64,000 bases of DNA from Xanthobacteraceae bacterium (GTDB lineage Bacteria; Pseudomonadota; Alphaproteobacteria; Rhizobiales; Xanthobacteraceae). The translations under genes were made by a program, and so were the position numbers. Shown piece by piece: positions 20,193-30,370 of this stretch. The stretch covers positions 6,001-70,000 of the forward strand of contig DATHPQ010000095.1 of assembly GCA_035483735.1 (NCBI GenBank), read 5' to 3'. Position 1 is the first letter of the stretch. Each line of letters opens with the position of its first letter. Under the pieces are notes generated by a model. It saw nothing but the letters and a program-made list of their open reading frames with translations, made no database searches and was not told the origin of the DNA.

Positions 20193-21605
20193 ATGACAGA
20201 ACCGCGCAAACTTTACGTCAAATCCTTTGGTTGCCAGATGAATGTCTACGACTCGCGTCGTATGGCGGACACTATGGCGCCGGAGGGTTATGTCGAGACC
20301 GCCGCCGCCGAAGACGCCGACCTCATCATCCTCAATACCTGCCATATCCGCGAGAGGGCCGCCGAGAAGGTTTATTCCGAATTGGGCCGCGTGCGCGTGA
20401 TGAAGGACGCCGCAGCCGCCGCAGGCCGCAACGTTGTCGTCGCGGTCGCAGGCTGTGTGGCGCAGGCCGAGGGCGGCGAGATCATCCGCCGCGCCCCGGT
20501 GGTCGATCTTGTCTTCGGTCCGCAGAGCTATCACCGGCTGCCAGAGCTCTTGGCGCGTACCGCGCGCGACGGCAAAGCCGTCGACACCGAGTTTCCCGCC
20601 GACGACAAGTTCGATCAGCTGGCGCAGCCGAGCGCGGCTGCAATCCGCGCCCGCGGCGTGTCGGCTTTTGTCACCGTGCAGGAGGGCTGCGACAAATTCT
20701 GCACCTTCTGCGTCGTGCCCTATACGCGCGGTGCCGAAGTGTCGCGGCCGGCGCCAAAGATCCTCGCTGAAATTGAGCATCTCGCGGTGGCCGGCGTCCG
20801 CGAAATCACGCTGATCGGCCAGAACGTCAATGCCTATCACGGCGATGGACCGGACGGACGGACCTGGACGCTGCCGCGCCTGCTTGCACGCGCCGCGCAA
20901 ATCCATGGCGTCGGCCGGCTGCGCTACACAACCAGTCATCCGCGTGACATGAACGACGATCTAATAGCGGTACATCGCGATTTGCCTGAGCTCATGCCGC
21001 AACTGCATCTTCCAGTCCAATCTGGCTCCGATCGAATTCTCGCGGCCATGAACCGCCACCACACCCGCGCCGATTATCTCGATATCGTGCGGCGGTTGCG
21101 CCAAGCGCGGCCCGATCTTGCTTTGACATCTGACTTCATCGTCGGCTTTCCCGGTGAAACCGAGAGCGATTTCGCCGAAACATTGAGCTTGGTCGCCGAC
21201 GTCGGGTTCTCCGGCTCGTTCTCTTTCAAGTATTCGCGGCGGCCAGGCACACCGGGCGCCGAGATGGACGACCAGGTGCCGGAAGATGTGAAATCGGAGC
21301 GGCTGCAGCGTCTGCAAGACGTCATCGACCGTCAGCAGGAAACGTTCAATCGAAGCTGCGTTGGCAAGCGCTTCGATGTCCTGTTCGAAAAGCCGGGCCG
21401 GCATAAAGGCCAGATCGTCGGCCGCTCGCCCTATTTGCAGCCGGTGCCGGTGGCCGCTCCCCAGTCGCTCATCGGCAAGATTGCCCCCGTCATCATCACC
21501 GAAGCTGTCGGCAACAGCCTGTTGGGCACGCTGGTGCAAAGACCCGAAAGAACACCCGAAACAACGCCAGAACGAGAACCCGCTCTTCTTTGCGCAGGAG
21601 CCTGA
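20193..21605 (+). CDS. miaB: tRNA-i6A37 methylthiotransferase MiaB
   Basis: [12 protein letters not shown], radical-SAM [15 protein letters not shown], and a TRAM C-terminus. Confidence 0.95.
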   Translation: MTEPRKLYVKSFGCQMNVYDSRRMADTMAPEGYVETAAAEDADLIILNTCHIRERAAEKVYSELGRVRVMKDAAAAAGRNVVVAVAGCVAQAEGGEIIRRAPVVDLVFGPQSYHRLPELLARTARDGKAVDTEFPADDKFDQLAQPSAAAIRARGVSAFVTVQEGCDKFCTFCVVPYTRGAEVSRPAPKILAEIEHLAVAGVREITLIGQNVNAYHGDGPDGRTWTLPRLLARAAQIHGVGRLRYTTSHPRDMNDDLIAVHRDLPELMPQLHLPVQSGSDRILAAMNRHHTRADYLDIVRRLRQARPDLALTSDFIVGFPGETESDFAETLSLVADVGFSGSFSFKYSRRPGTPGAEMDDQVPEDVKSERLQRLQDVIDRQQETFNRSCVGKRFDVLFEKPGRHKGQIVGRSPYLQPVPVAAPQSLIGKIAPVIITEAVGNSLLGTLVQRPERTPETTPEREPALLCAGA

Positions 21606-21606
21606 A

Positions 21607-22635
21607 TTGCGAACACCCGAGACGGAAGAATCGATCTTCGTCGCGCCGGACAATACGGCCCAGATAATTCTGACTTTCGACGACAACCGGCTCGCCTCCT
21701 CGCTGTTCGGACAATACGGCCAAAACCTCGCACTGATCGAACGCCGGCTCGGCATCGTCGCCAACTCGCGTGGCAATCAGGTCACCGTCGAAGGCCCGCG
21801 CGAGGCCTGCGATCAGGCGCGCCGCGTGCTCGAAAGCCTCTATGAGCGGCTCAAGACCGGAGACGAGCTGTCGCAAGGCGATGTCGACGGCACCATTCGG
21901 CTTGCTTTATCGCAAGGCTCGCTGTTCGACTTTGATCCGGCGGTGTCGCGGGAGAATTTCGAAGAGATCAATCTGCGCAAACGCCGCGTGCGCGCGCGCA
22001 CCCCCGCGCAGGATGCCTATATCCGCGCGCTTAAGCGCCATGCGCTGGTGTTTTCCGCCGGCCCCGCCGGTACCGGCAAGACGTGGCTCGCCGTCGCGCA
22101 TGCCGTGCAGCTGTTCGAACGCAAGGAAGTCGATCGCATTGTGCTATCGCGGCCGGCGGTGGAAGCCGGCGAGCGGCTCGGCTTCCTGCCCGGCGACATG
22201 CGCGAGAAAGTCGATCCCTATCTGCGGCCTATCTACGACGCGCTCTATGACATGATGGATGCGCGCATCGTCGAGCGTGCGCTGCAGAGCACCGAAATCG
22301 AGATCGCGCCGCTCGCCTTCATGCGCGGTCGCACTTTGTCGAACGCGGTCGTCATTCTCGACGAGGCGCAGAACACGACGACCATGCAAATGAAAATGCT
22401 GCTCACGCGGCTCGGCGAGAACAGCCGCATGATCGTCACCGGCGATCCCAGTCAAGTCGATTTGTTGCCGGGCCAGACATCTGGTCTCGCCGACGCGGTG
22501 CGGCTCTTGAGCGGCGTCGAAGGCATCGGCTTTGCCAACTTCTCCGCCGCCGACGTGGTCCGCCATGAGCTCGTGGCCCGCATTGTCGACGCCTATGACA
22601 AAGAGGCGGCGCGCAAGCGCGAGCGGCGCGAATGA
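21607..22635 (+). CDS. phoH: PhoH-like ATPase (342 aa)
   Basis: Walker A GPAGTGKTWLA and the PhoH core (ILDEAQNTT...VTGDPSQVDL). Start set to TTG 21607, 6 nt after GGAG 21597-21600. The ORF-track start 21361 lies inside miaB; the exact start is uncertain. Confidence 0.88.
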   Translation: MRTPETEESIFVAPDNTAQIILTFDDNRLASSLFGQYGQNLALIERRLGIVANSRGNQVTVEGPREACDQARRVLESLYERLKTGDELSQGDVDGTIRLALSQGSLFDFDPAVSRENFEEINLRKRRVRARTPAQDAYIRALKRHALVFSAGPAGTGKTWLAVAHAVQLFERKEVDRIVLSRPAVEAGERLGFLPGDMREKVDPYLRPIYDALYDMMDARIVERALQSTEIEIAPLAFMRGRTLSNAVVILDEAQNTTTMQMKMLLTRLGENSRMIVTGDPSQVDLLPGQTSGLADAVRLLSGVEGIGFANFSAADVVRHELVARIVDAYDKEAARKRERRE

Positions 22636-23180
22636 CGCGGGCTCAAGCTTCGGCGCTGAAAATCGACGTCATGGTCGATTCCGCCCGCTGGAAAGAACCG
22701 CGAAAGGTCAGATCGATCGTGCGCCGCGCCGTTGCCCGCGCCGCCGCCACCACACGGTCAACACGGGGGGCGGAGCTTGCTATCGTGCTCACCGATGATT
22801 CGGCTATACGCATGCTCAACCGGGACTGGCGGGGCGTCAATAAGGCCACGAACGTATTGTCTTTCCCGGCAAAATACCGCGGCCCGAAGCCGCATCTGGG
22901 CGATATCGTGCTCGCCTTCGAGACCATCGCGCGCGAGGCCAAATGCGAGCACAAGCCGTTCGCCCATCATGTTGCCCATCTTGCCGTGCACGGTTTTTTG
23001 CATCTCGTCGGCTACGATCACGAGCGCGACGCTGATGCGCTGGAAATGGAACAGACCGAACGCGACATTCTGCGGCAGCTCAAAATCCCCGACCCTTATG
23101 GCGACCCCGTCGCCGCCAAAAAGGCCCACAGTCTTTCGCAGGAGCCGCGTGCGTACAAACAGCGCGCGCGCAAATTCTGA
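22632..23180 (+). CDS. ybeY: rRNA maturation endoribonuclease YbeY
   Basis: Metal-binding motif HLAVHGFLHLVGYDHE. ATGA overlap with phoH. Confidence 0.93.
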   Translation: MTRAQASALKIDVMVDSARWKEPRKVRSIVRRAVARAAATTRSTRGAELAIVLTDDSAIRMLNRDWRGVNKATNVLSFPAKYRGPKPHLGDIVLAFETIAREAKCEHKPFAHHVAHLAVHGFLHLVGYDHERDADALEMEQTERDILRQLKIPDPYGDPVAAKKAHSLSQEPRAYKQRARKF

Positions 23181-23204
23181 GATCTTTCCGGCTGCTGAAT
23201 TCTT

Positions 23205-24326
23205 ATGATGACGCAATTACCCGTGCGCAGTGAGCCGAGCGAGACCGAGAACCGCGCTCTGCCGATGGTGATTCCGGAAGCCGCCGAGCCGAGTGAAGGC
23301 TGGCTGACGCGCGTTATGCGCATTCTGTTCGGCTGGAAGGTGGCGTCGACGCGGGCCGATCTCGAGCTCGTTTTGACCGCGGAGCAGCCGCAATCGGGTT
23401 TCTCGCCCGAAGAAGCGACCATGCTCAAGAATATCCTGGGCCTGCGCGAAACGCGGATTGAGCGGGTGATGGTGCCGCGCGCCGATATCGTCGCCGTGCA
23501 GCAGGACATTTCACTGGGTGAACTGGTCAAGCTTTTCGAAAGCGCCACGCATTCGCGGCTCGTCGTCTATAACGACACGCTCGACGACCCGAGCGGCATG
23601 GTCCATATCCGCGACCTGCTGGCGTTCATGGCAGCGCACGCGACGCTGCAGCCCGCCGGCGATCGCGAACAGCCGGAAGAATCGCCGCCGGAGCAGGCCG
23701 AGCTGAACTTTACCAATATCGATCTCGCGATGCCGCTCGTGACGGCAAAGATCATTCGCGAGACGCTTTATGCACCGCCATCGATGCCGGCGCTCGATCT
23801 GCTCGCCAAGATGCAGGCGACCCGCATTCATCTTGCGCTCGTCATCGACGAATATGGCGGCACCGACGGGCTCGTCTCCATCGAAGATCTGGTCGAACTG
23901 ATTGTCGGCGATATTGCCGACGAGCACGACGAGGAAGAAGGCCAGAGCGTGATCCGGCAGGCCGACGGTTCTTTCATCGCCAACGGCCGCGCCAGCCTCG
24001 AAGAGGTTCGCTCGGCCATCGGCGAACAATTCGACGTCGGCGAAGTCGCCGGAGAGGTCGATACGATCGGCGGTTATCTCGTCACCAAAGCCGGCCATGT
24101 GCCGGTACGCGGCGAACTGGTGCCGGGACCCGAGCCGTTCGAGACCGAAGTGCTCGACGCCGATCCGCGCCGCGTCAAACGCGTGCGCATTTATCTGCGC
24201 AAGGATCGCCGTCCCGGTGCCGGGCGCGACGCTGCCGCGCTGCCGCGCAACCCGACCACCGCCCGCCCGGCACCGCTGCGCGACGATCTCAATCGGGCGA
24301 CCCCGAACCCGCCGCGCACGCCGTGA
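23205..24326 (+). CDS. CBS-pair / CorC_HlyC domain protein (CorC/TlyC-like hemolysin-family transporter-associated protein)
   Basis: CBS region (VMVPRADIVAV...HSRLVVYNDTLDDPSGMVHIRDLL) and a C-terminal CorC_HlyC region. Conserved phoH-ybeY-corC-lnt order. Confidence 0.85.
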   Translation: MMTQLPVRSEPSETENRALPMVIPEAAEPSEGWLTRVMRILFGWKVASTRADLELVLTAEQPQSGFSPEEATMLKNILGLRETRIERVMVPRADIVAVQQDISLGELVKLFESATHSRLVVYNDTLDDPSGMVHIRDLLAFMAAHATLQPAGDREQPEESPPEQAELNFTNIDLAMPLVTAKIIRETLYAPPSMPALDLLAKMQATRIHLALVIDEYGGTDGLVSIEDLVELIVGDIADEHDEEEGQSVIRQADGSFIANGRASLEEVRSAIGEQFDVGEVAGEVDTIGGYLVTKAGHVPVRGELVPGPEPFETEVLDADPRRVKRVRIYLRKDRRPGAGRDAAALPRNPTTARPAPLRDDLNRATPNPPRTP

Positions 24327-25927
24327 AATTCAAGCAGCTGTTTAATTCCATCGTGCTGGCGTGGGGTTGGCGGCGCTGGGCCATTGCTTGCGTTGCCGGC
24401 GCGCTGTCGGCTTTGGCTATGGCGCCGTTCAATGCCTGGCCGGTTTTGTTTGTGACATTCCCGACGCTGGTCTGGCTGATCGATGGTGCGGGTGTCGGCC
24501 GGTTTGGCGGGGTGGCGGCCGCGGCTGCAACCGGCTGGTGGTTCGGCTTCGGCTATTTCGTCGCCGGGCTTTATTGGATGGGCTATGCCTTTCTGGTCGA
24601 TGCGCCGACTTTCGGCTGGCTGATGCCGTTTGCGGTGATCGGCCTGCCGGCCGTGCTCGGCATCTATACCGCGCTCGGCGTGGCACTGGCGCGTATGGTT
24701 TGGACGCGAGGCGCGACGCGAATTTTTGCTTTGGCCGGGTCCCTGACAATTACGGAATGGCTGCGCGGCCACCTGTTCACCGGCTTTCCGTGGAACACCT
24801 TCGGCTACGCTCTCACAGCTCCGTTGCCGCTCGCCCAGATCGCCTCCGTCGTCGGCATTTGGGGCCTCACCTTCATCACGATCCTGGTCGCTTCGACACC
24901 GGCGACGCTCACCGACGATCGTGCGGAAACGCGGAGCAACTGGATGCCGCTCGCGCTCGGCATCGCGCTCCTTGCGGCGCTCGGCGGTTACGGCGCCATG
25001 CGACTTGTGCGCGCCCCGACGCGTCTCGTCGATGGCGTGCATCTGCGCATCATGCAGCCGAACCTGCAGCAGGATGTCCGCTTCAACTACTCGGCCAAGC
25101 AAGAGGTGATGAAGCGCTATATCGATCTGTCGGGCCGCGCCACCGCCTCACAACCGCAGGGGCTGCAGGGCGTGACGCATCTGATCTGGCCGGAATCGTC
25201 GTTTCCGTTTTTTTTGACGCGCGAGGCCGATGCGTTCGCGCAGATCACCAATCTGCTGCCGCCGAAAGCCATTCTGATCACGGGCGCGGTGCGGCTTGCC
25301 GATCCGGATCATCCAAAGGAATCGGGTGTCTATAATTCGATCTACGTGATCGACCATAACGGCGCGATCCCGGCGATCTACGACAAAGTCCATCTCGTGC
25401 CGTTCGGCGAATATCTGCCGTTCGAGAAAATTCTCGAAAGCATCGGCTTGCAGACCATAACGGAGGAGCGCGGCGGGTTTCTCTCCGGCGACCGGCATCG
25501 CGTCATCGCAGTTCCAGGCGCTCCGAATGCGCTGCCGCTGATCTGTTACGAGATCGTTTTCCCCGGCGAGATCACGCCAGCTGACGGGCGGCCAGGCTGG
25601 ATCGTCAACGTGACCAATGACGGCTGGTTCGGCAACTCGACCGGTCCTTATCAGCACCTTCAGCAAGCGCGCCTGACCGCGATCGAAGAAGGCCTGCCGA
25701 TCGCGCGCGCCGCCAATACCGGCGTTTCAGCCGTGATCGATCCGCTCGGACGGATCATCAATTCTTTGCCGCTGGGAGCCGAAGGGGTGCTCGATGCGCC
25801 CTTGCCGCGGCCGATCAGCGCGCCCGCCTATACCCGCTTGGGCGACGCGCCCGCAGCCATCATGGTCGTGATTGCGCTGATAATAGTTGCCCGGCGCCGG
25901 CTGCAATCTGATATGATGAAGGTATAA
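24323..25927 (+). CDS. lnt: apolipoprotein N-acyltransferase
   Basis: Multi-TM N-terminal half and a CN-hydrolase half with LICYEIVFPGE (catalytic Cys). GTG start overlapping the corC stop. Confidence 0.93.
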   Translation: MKFKQLFNSIVLAWGWRRWAIACVAGALSALAMAPFNAWPVLFVTFPTLVWLIDGAGVGRFGGVAAAAATGWWFGFGYFVAGLYWMGYAFLVDAPTFGWLMPFAVIGLPAVLGIYTALGVALARMVWTRGATRIFALAGSLTITEWLRGHLFTGFPWNTFGYALTAPLPLAQIASVVGIWGLTFITILVASTPATLTDDRAETRSNWMPLALGIALLAALGGYGAMRLVRAPTRLVDGVHLRIMQPNLQQDVRFNYSAKQEVMKRYIDLSGRATASQPQGLQGVTHLIWPESSFPFFLTREADAFAQITNLLPPKAILITGAVRLADPDHPKESGVYNSIYVIDHNGAIPAIYDKVHLVPFGEYLPFEKILESIGLQTITEERGGFLSGDRHRVIAVPGAPNALPLICYEIVFPGEITPADGRPGWIVNVTNDGWFGNSTGPYQHLQQARLTAIEEGLPIARAANTGVSAVIDPLGRIINSLPLGAEGVLDAPLPRPISAPAYTRLGDAPAAIMVVIALIIVARRRLQSDMMKV

Positions 25928-25940
25928 TATATATATATAT
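25927..25940. repeat. (AT)7 dinucleotide microsatellite
   Basis: ATATATATATATAT begins at the last base of the lnt stop codon and opens a ~245-bp low-GC spacer. Confidence 0.95.
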
Positions 25941-26172
25941 CAAACAGCTACATAAGTATCCGTCCATATAGACCGCCGCTTCAATGCTTGGCAAAAGCAG
26001 TGCGCAACCAGGGGACGTGGGGTGACCATCTCGACCCAAATAGGTAACAATTGAACCCATCCATTCTGGTCGCAAAAGGTCCTGGAAGTTGTATCGCGTA
26101 GTGAGGTAGTTTCATTTGTTACAGATTTGCTATCAATAGCCGGACCGAGACGAGACATAGGAGCTCATAAAA

Positions 26173-26589
26173 ATGTTGGCCAAAAAGGCACCGAACCCCA
26201 CCGACAAGCACGTCGGCAGCCGTGTGCGCATGCGCCGGATGATGCTGGGGATGAGTCAGGAAAAACTCGGTGACGCTTTGGGCCTGACGTTTCAACAAGT
26301 CCAGAAATACGAAAAAGGCACCAACCGGATCGGCGCGAGCCGGCTGCAGCAGATTTCGCACATTCTTCAAGTTTCGGTTTCTTTCTTCTTTGAAGGCGCG
26401 CCGAGCGCGCAGACATTGTCGAAGTCGGACGGTATGGGCGAAGCGCCCTCGCCGGCTTACGTGTCCGACTTCCTCGCCACTTCCGACGGCCTAGCACTGA
26501 CCAAGGCGTTCATGCGCATCGACGACTCAAAATTGCGCCGGCGCATTGTCGACCTCGTCGAGCAAATCGCGAGCCGCGAAAAACGCTGA
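26173..26589 (+). CDS. XRE-family helix-turn-helix transcriptional regulator (138 aa)
   Basis: HTH_3 core RMRRMMLGMSQEKLGDALGLTFQQVQKYEKGTNRIGASRLQQIS. Good SD (AGGAG) 8 nt upstream. Confidence 0.85.
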   Translation: MLAKKAPNPTDKHVGSRVRMRRMMLGMSQEKLGDALGLTFQQVQKYEKGTNRIGASRLQQISHILQVSVSFFFEGAPSAQTLSKSDGMGEAPSPAYVSDFLATSDGLALTKAFMRIDDSKLRRRIVDLVEQIASREKR

Positions 26590-26758
26590 AAAAATCGCGC
26601 CGTTTCGCACTGCGCGATGCGGGCCTTCGCCCACTTTTTGCCCCCATCTTGACCGCAGAAAATTACGCTGCAACAACGGCGCAAGTCAGCGCGGCTAAGA
26701 CCGTGCGGGGTTTGCCTTGAAAGCATTCGCTTGAAGGCCGGTTAGGGGAGTTTCTGCT

Positions 26759-28027
26759 GTGGCGCACGCCAATTATCTGTTCACGAGCGAGTCCGTGTCG
26801 GAAGGACATCCCGACAAAGTCTGCGATCAAATTTCCGACGCCATCCTCGACGCCTTCATCGAAAAAGACGTCAAGCTCGGCATCGCCGACGACAGCCTCG
26901 TGAATACCCGGCTCGGCTGCGAGACTTTGTGCACGACCAACAAGATCGTGATTGCCGGCGAAGGCCGCGGCCAGTTGTTCCGCAAGATCGGCAACACCGC
27001 AGTGGTCGACCGCGAATTGATCACACAGATCGCGCGCGGTGTGGTCAAGGACATTGGCTACGACCAGGAAGGCTTTTCCTATCACGGCGCCGACGTCGAG
27101 GTGCTGTTGCACGGCCAATCGCCCGATATCGCGATGGGCGTTGACGCCAAAAAGAAAAAGCACGGCGAGGAAGAAGGCGCCGGCGACCAGGGCATGATGT
27201 TCGGCTTCGCCTGCACCGAGAGCGAAGTCTACGAGAAGAACTCGTTCATGCCGGCGCCGATCTATTTTGCGCACAAAATCTTGAAAGTTCTCTCCGAGAA
27301 GCGTCGCTCCGGCCAGTTGTTCGATCTGCAGCCCGACGCCAAGAGCCAAGTCACCGTTCAATACGTCAACGGCAAGCCGGTCGGCTGCACCAAGGTCGTG
27401 GTCTCGACGCAGCACAACGAAAAGACCCGCAATGCCAAGAAATATACGCCCGGCATGGTGCGGGACATGATTGAGGACGCGGTTGAATCGGCGCTGCCGA
27501 AAGGCTGGATGCCCAAGCGCCCATCGGACTTCTTGGTGAACCCGACCGGCAATTTCGTCGTCGGCGGTCCGGACGGCGATTGCGGCCTGACCGGACGCAA
27601 GATCATCGTCGACACTTACGGCGGCTATGCTCCGCACGGCGGCGGCGCCTTCTCCGGCAAGGACCCGACCAAAGTGGATCGCTCGGCCGCCTATGCCGCG
27701 CGCTACTTGGCCAAGAACGTGGTCGCCGCCGGCGTCGCCGAGCGCTGCACCATCCAGGTCGCCTATGCGATCGGTGTCGCCGATCCGATGTCGGTCCTGG
27801 TCGACACCCACGGCACCAGCAAGGTCGAGGAAAAGAAGCTCGAAAAGCTTCTGCCCGAACTGTTCCGCCTGACGCCGACCAATATCCGCCGCACGCTCAA
27901 GCTTAATCGCCCGATCTATCGGCGCACCGCCGCTTACGGCCATTTCGGCCGTGCGCCGGACAAGGATGGCGGCTTCTCCTGGGAGAAGACCGACCTCGCC
28001 GCCCAGATCAAGAGCGCGCTGCGCTAA
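26759..28027 (+). CDS. metK: S-adenosylmethionine synthase
   Basis: [31 protein letters not shown], and [18 protein letters not shown] signatures. GTG start. Confidence 0.97.
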   Translation: MAHANYLFTSESVSEGHPDKVCDQISDAILDAFIEKDVKLGIADDSLVNTRLGCETLCTTNKIVIAGEGRGQLFRKIGNTAVVDRELITQIARGVVKDIGYDQEGFSYHGADVEVLLHGQSPDIAMGVDAKKKKHGEEEGAGDQGMMFGFACTESEVYEKNSFMPAPIYFAHKILKVLSEKRRSGQLFDLQPDAKSQVTVQYVNGKPVGCTKVVVSTQHNEKTRNAKKYTPGMVRDMIEDAVESALPKGWMPKRPSDFLVNPTGNFVVGGPDGDCGLTGRKIIVDTYGGYAPHGGGAFSGKDPTKVDRSAAYAARYLAKNVVAAGVAERCTIQVAYAIGVADPMSVLVDTHGTSKVEEKKLEKLLPELFRLTPTNIRRTLKLNRPIYRRTAAYGHFGRAPDKDGGFSWEKTDLAAQIKSALR

Positions 28028-28049
28028 CACTGAGTGGAAGCTTCTCACC

Positions 28050-28092
28050 ACGGCCGGCACCGGCGCATGCTCGTGCCGGCCGTTTGCGTCTT
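28050..28092 (+). terminator. putative intrinsic terminator after metK
   Basis: 11-bp stem ACGGCCGGCAC / GTGCCGGCCGT with a 12-nt loop, followed by TTTGCGTCTTTG. Confidence 0.5.
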
Positions 28093-28172
28093 TGCTATAG
28101 CTGCGAAGCGCGTATGCGCAGACTTGGATGGCCGCGATAATCGCGGCCGAACAATTGCCGCTATGACGGTCG

Positions 28173-28865
28173 ATGGACCCGGAACTCAACAAATCCCGCG
28201 CGTTTTTTGGACGGCGCAAGGGCCATAAGCTGCGGCCCAATCAGACGCGTCTGATCGAAACGCTATTGCCGCGCCTTGCCGTCGATCTCACGCCGCCGGC
28301 GCCCGTCGGACTGAAAACGCTGTTTCCGGTTCCTGTCGGCGACGTCCGCCTGGAGATCGGATTTGGCGGCGGCGAGTTCATGATCGCGGAGGCCGAAAGC
28401 GAACCGGGCACCGGCTTTATCGGCGTCGAGCCTTTCGTCAACGGCATGGCGAAAGCGCTCGCCGCAATCGAGAGCAAAGAGCTGCGCAATGTGCGCCTGC
28501 ACTTCGACGACGCGGTCAGTCTCATCGCCTGGCTTCCGGCCAAGTCGCTGGCGCGGATCGATTTGATCCACCCCGACCCGTGGCCGAAACGCCGGCACTG
28601 GAAACGCCGGTTTATTCAGGATGAGATGGTGGCGCGGCTCGCCCGCATCCTGCGGCCGGGCGGCGAGTTTCGTTTCGTGACCGATATTGCCGATTACGCG
28701 GCGTGGACGCTGCAACGTCTCATTCGCTCGCCCGATTTCGAATGGTCGGCGGAATGCGCCGACGATTGGCGCAAAGCCTGGCCCGGCTTCATTCGTACGC
28801 GCTACCACGCCAAGGCCGCGCGGGAAGAACGGACGTCATGCTTTCTGATTTTCCGAAGGGTTTGA
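28173..28865 (+). CDS. trmB: tRNA (guanine46-N7)-methyltransferase
   Basis: LEIGFGGGEF SAM-binding block and HPDPWPKRRHWKRRF, typical of TrmB. Confidence 0.9.
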   Translation: MDPELNKSRAFFGRRKGHKLRPNQTRLIETLLPRLAVDLTPPAPVGLKTLFPVPVGDVRLEIGFGGGEFMIAEAESEPGTGFIGVEPFVNGMAKALAAIESKELRNVRLHFDDAVSLIAWLPAKSLARIDLIHPDPWPKRRHWKRRFIQDEMVARLARILRPGGEFRFVTDIADYAAWTLQRLIRSPDFEWSAECADDWRKAWPGFIRTRYHAKAAREERTSCFLIFRRV

Positions 28866-28938
28866 GCACGATCCCGAAAAGGCCTGCCCTCGGACTTGAT
28901 CCGTGGGTGGACACCGGTTTTCGGAAAAGATCATGCGC
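28866..28938. repeat. palindromic intergenic repeat, copy C (longer variant, opposite orientation to copy A)
   Basis: GCACGATCCCGAAAAGG...ACCGGTTTTCGGAAAAGATCATGCGC. Its reverse complement aligns with copy A (GCGCATGATCTTTTCCGAAAACCGGTGTCCAC...). Lies between convergent trmB and the DUF2336 gene. Confidence 0.65.
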
Positions 28939-28952
28939 AGCGAAAATTTACG

Positions 28953-30032
28953 CTAAGCGCTCTGTTTGACCTGCCAGAAACGCACCACGCGCTGCGCCGT
29001 TGAGACCGAAAGCCGCTCGTAATTGCCGAGCGCCGCATCGAGACCGTGAACCGAAGTCTTATTGGCTTCTGCGCATGACACGAGAACCGTCTTGACGGTC
29101 GGCCAGCTCATGTCGGCCGCCTTGCACAGGATCAGCACCGGATCAGGCCTTTCGCCGGCCATGAGCCGATCGGCGATCTTGATCGGCACTTTGGCCAGCG
29201 CCGCCAGCGCCACCACGGTTTCTTCGTATTTGCGCTCGTCGGCGAACCCGGCGAGCACCGACTCGTTCATGCGGCCGGCCTGCATCAGGCCGAGCACGGC
29301 GCGTTGCGCCGTCCGATAATCGCGCGGACCGACCCGCGCGCCGACCTCGCTCGAGACTTTGTCGAGCACGCGTCGAATCTCCGCCTGCAATTCCGGGTTT
29401 GCCGCAGCGAGCAGGCGCTGATGCACGACTGCCGTCGCTTCGGTCAGGAGCTTGCGGAACATTTTCAGCGGAATGTCGGGACGCAGGCCTACTTTCTCGG
29501 CGAGGATGCCATCGCTTTCGGCACGCTCGACCAGGCGGACAAAGCCGTTTTCGGAAATGCGGGCGCCGTGGTTTGCCGCAACCTGACGCGCGACTTCACG
29601 ATCGCCGCGCCGGACCAAAACATCGGTCACGGCCTCGCCGAGCGCAGGCCGCTGCGAGATGGCATGCAGGTGCGCCTGGCTCTTGGTCCTGGCGAGATCG
29701 ACGAGGTCGGTCTCCTGCAAGCGCTTCGCGAGCTTTAGAATCGGGCCGGCGACATCGATATTGTCATCAAGCGCCAGCGTTCGCACCACATTGGTCGGGG
29801 CGTTGTCGAGCGGCGCAAGATGGCCGGACAATTCAGCCCGTGCCTTGGTCTCGATTTCCGCGATGAGAAGACCGAAGATACTATCGAAAAGATCGACTTG
29901 CTCGTTGCTGTAACGGCTCGAGCCATGGACAAACAGCGCGGTGATACGCTGCAGCATTTCGGCGCGCTTTTGACGCGTGCCGTGTGCGATGACGTCTTCG
30001 AGCTCGGGGATGAGCGAAGCGGCGGCACTCAT
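28953..30032 (-). CDS. DUF2336 domain-containing protein (359 aa)
   Basis: All-helical repeat protein (...RITALFVHGSSRYSNEQVDLFDSIF...) resembling the DUF2336 family common in Rhizobiales. Recognition is from memory only. Confidence 0.7.
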   Translation of the reverse strand: MSAAASLIPELEDVIAHGTRQKRAEMLQRITALFVHGSSRYSNEQVDLFDSIFGLLIAEIETKARAELSGHLAPLDNAPTNVVRTLALDDNIDVAGPILKLAKRLQETDLVDLARTKSQAHLHAISQRPALGEAVTDVLVRRGDREVARQVAANHGARISENGFVRLVERAESDGILAEKVGLRPDIPLKMFRKLLTEATAVVHQRLLAAANPELQAEIRRVLDKVSSEVGARVGPRDYRTAQRAVLGLMQAGRMNESVLAGFADERKYEETVVALAALAKVPIKIADRLMAGERPDPVLILCKAADMSWPTVKTVLVSCAEANKTSVHGLDAALGNYERLSVSTAQRVVRFWQVKQSA

Positions 30033-30268
30033 CGTCGATCACCACTCAATTCGTCACCAGTCTTTGAAAAAGTCGTGGCACCGGTCAAAAAATCGATCGG
30101 AAGCATCGATCGGGAGCTGGCCGCAAATATGTCGGTGGCGAGCGCCGCAAATCCGCGTACTTAATTCCACCCTTGCGGAAAGATTAATTCACCAATCCTG
30201 AAGGAAATGTTGCAGGCTTTACCGGTGGTGCGGGAGGGAGTGGCCCGCTGACACTCTTGCAGCTGCCC

Positions 30269-30296
30269 TTGCAAAGGCCTGACAAACCGCTATATT
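30269..30296 (+). promoter_or_regulatory. sigma70-type promoter candidate
   Basis: TTGCAA (30269-30274), 16-nt spacer, TATATT (30291-30296). Confidence 0.4.
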
Positions 30297-30302
30297 CGGC
30301 GC

Positions 30303-30370
30303 GTCCGTCTAGGATACCTCATAACCGAACGGTTTTGAGAGTGGGTTCCCCCGGGGGCCCGCTCTTTTTT
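30303..30370 (+). ncRNA. candidate ~70-nt small transcript or rimP-operon leader/attenuator RNA
   Basis: Bounded by the promoter candidate above and the intrinsic terminator below. It contains an apparently unpaired CCUC (30317-30320). No known RNA family recognised. Confidence 0.3.

Noticed and set aside
26590-26758. SAM riboswitch (SAM-II/SAM-V/SAM-SAH) upstream of metK
   Set aside because: I could not find the conserved AAAGCU-type core or a convincing pseudoknot with the SD. Only a simple hairpin (ATCGCGC/GCGCGAT, 26594-26618) is present. A cmscan would be needed to exclude it formally.
26663-28240. 525-aa ORF antisense to metK, extending into the metK-trmB spacer
   Set aside because: High-GC antisense artefact. 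metK on the plus strand has unmistakable signatures, and the antisense translation is low-complexity (A/G/R/D/L).
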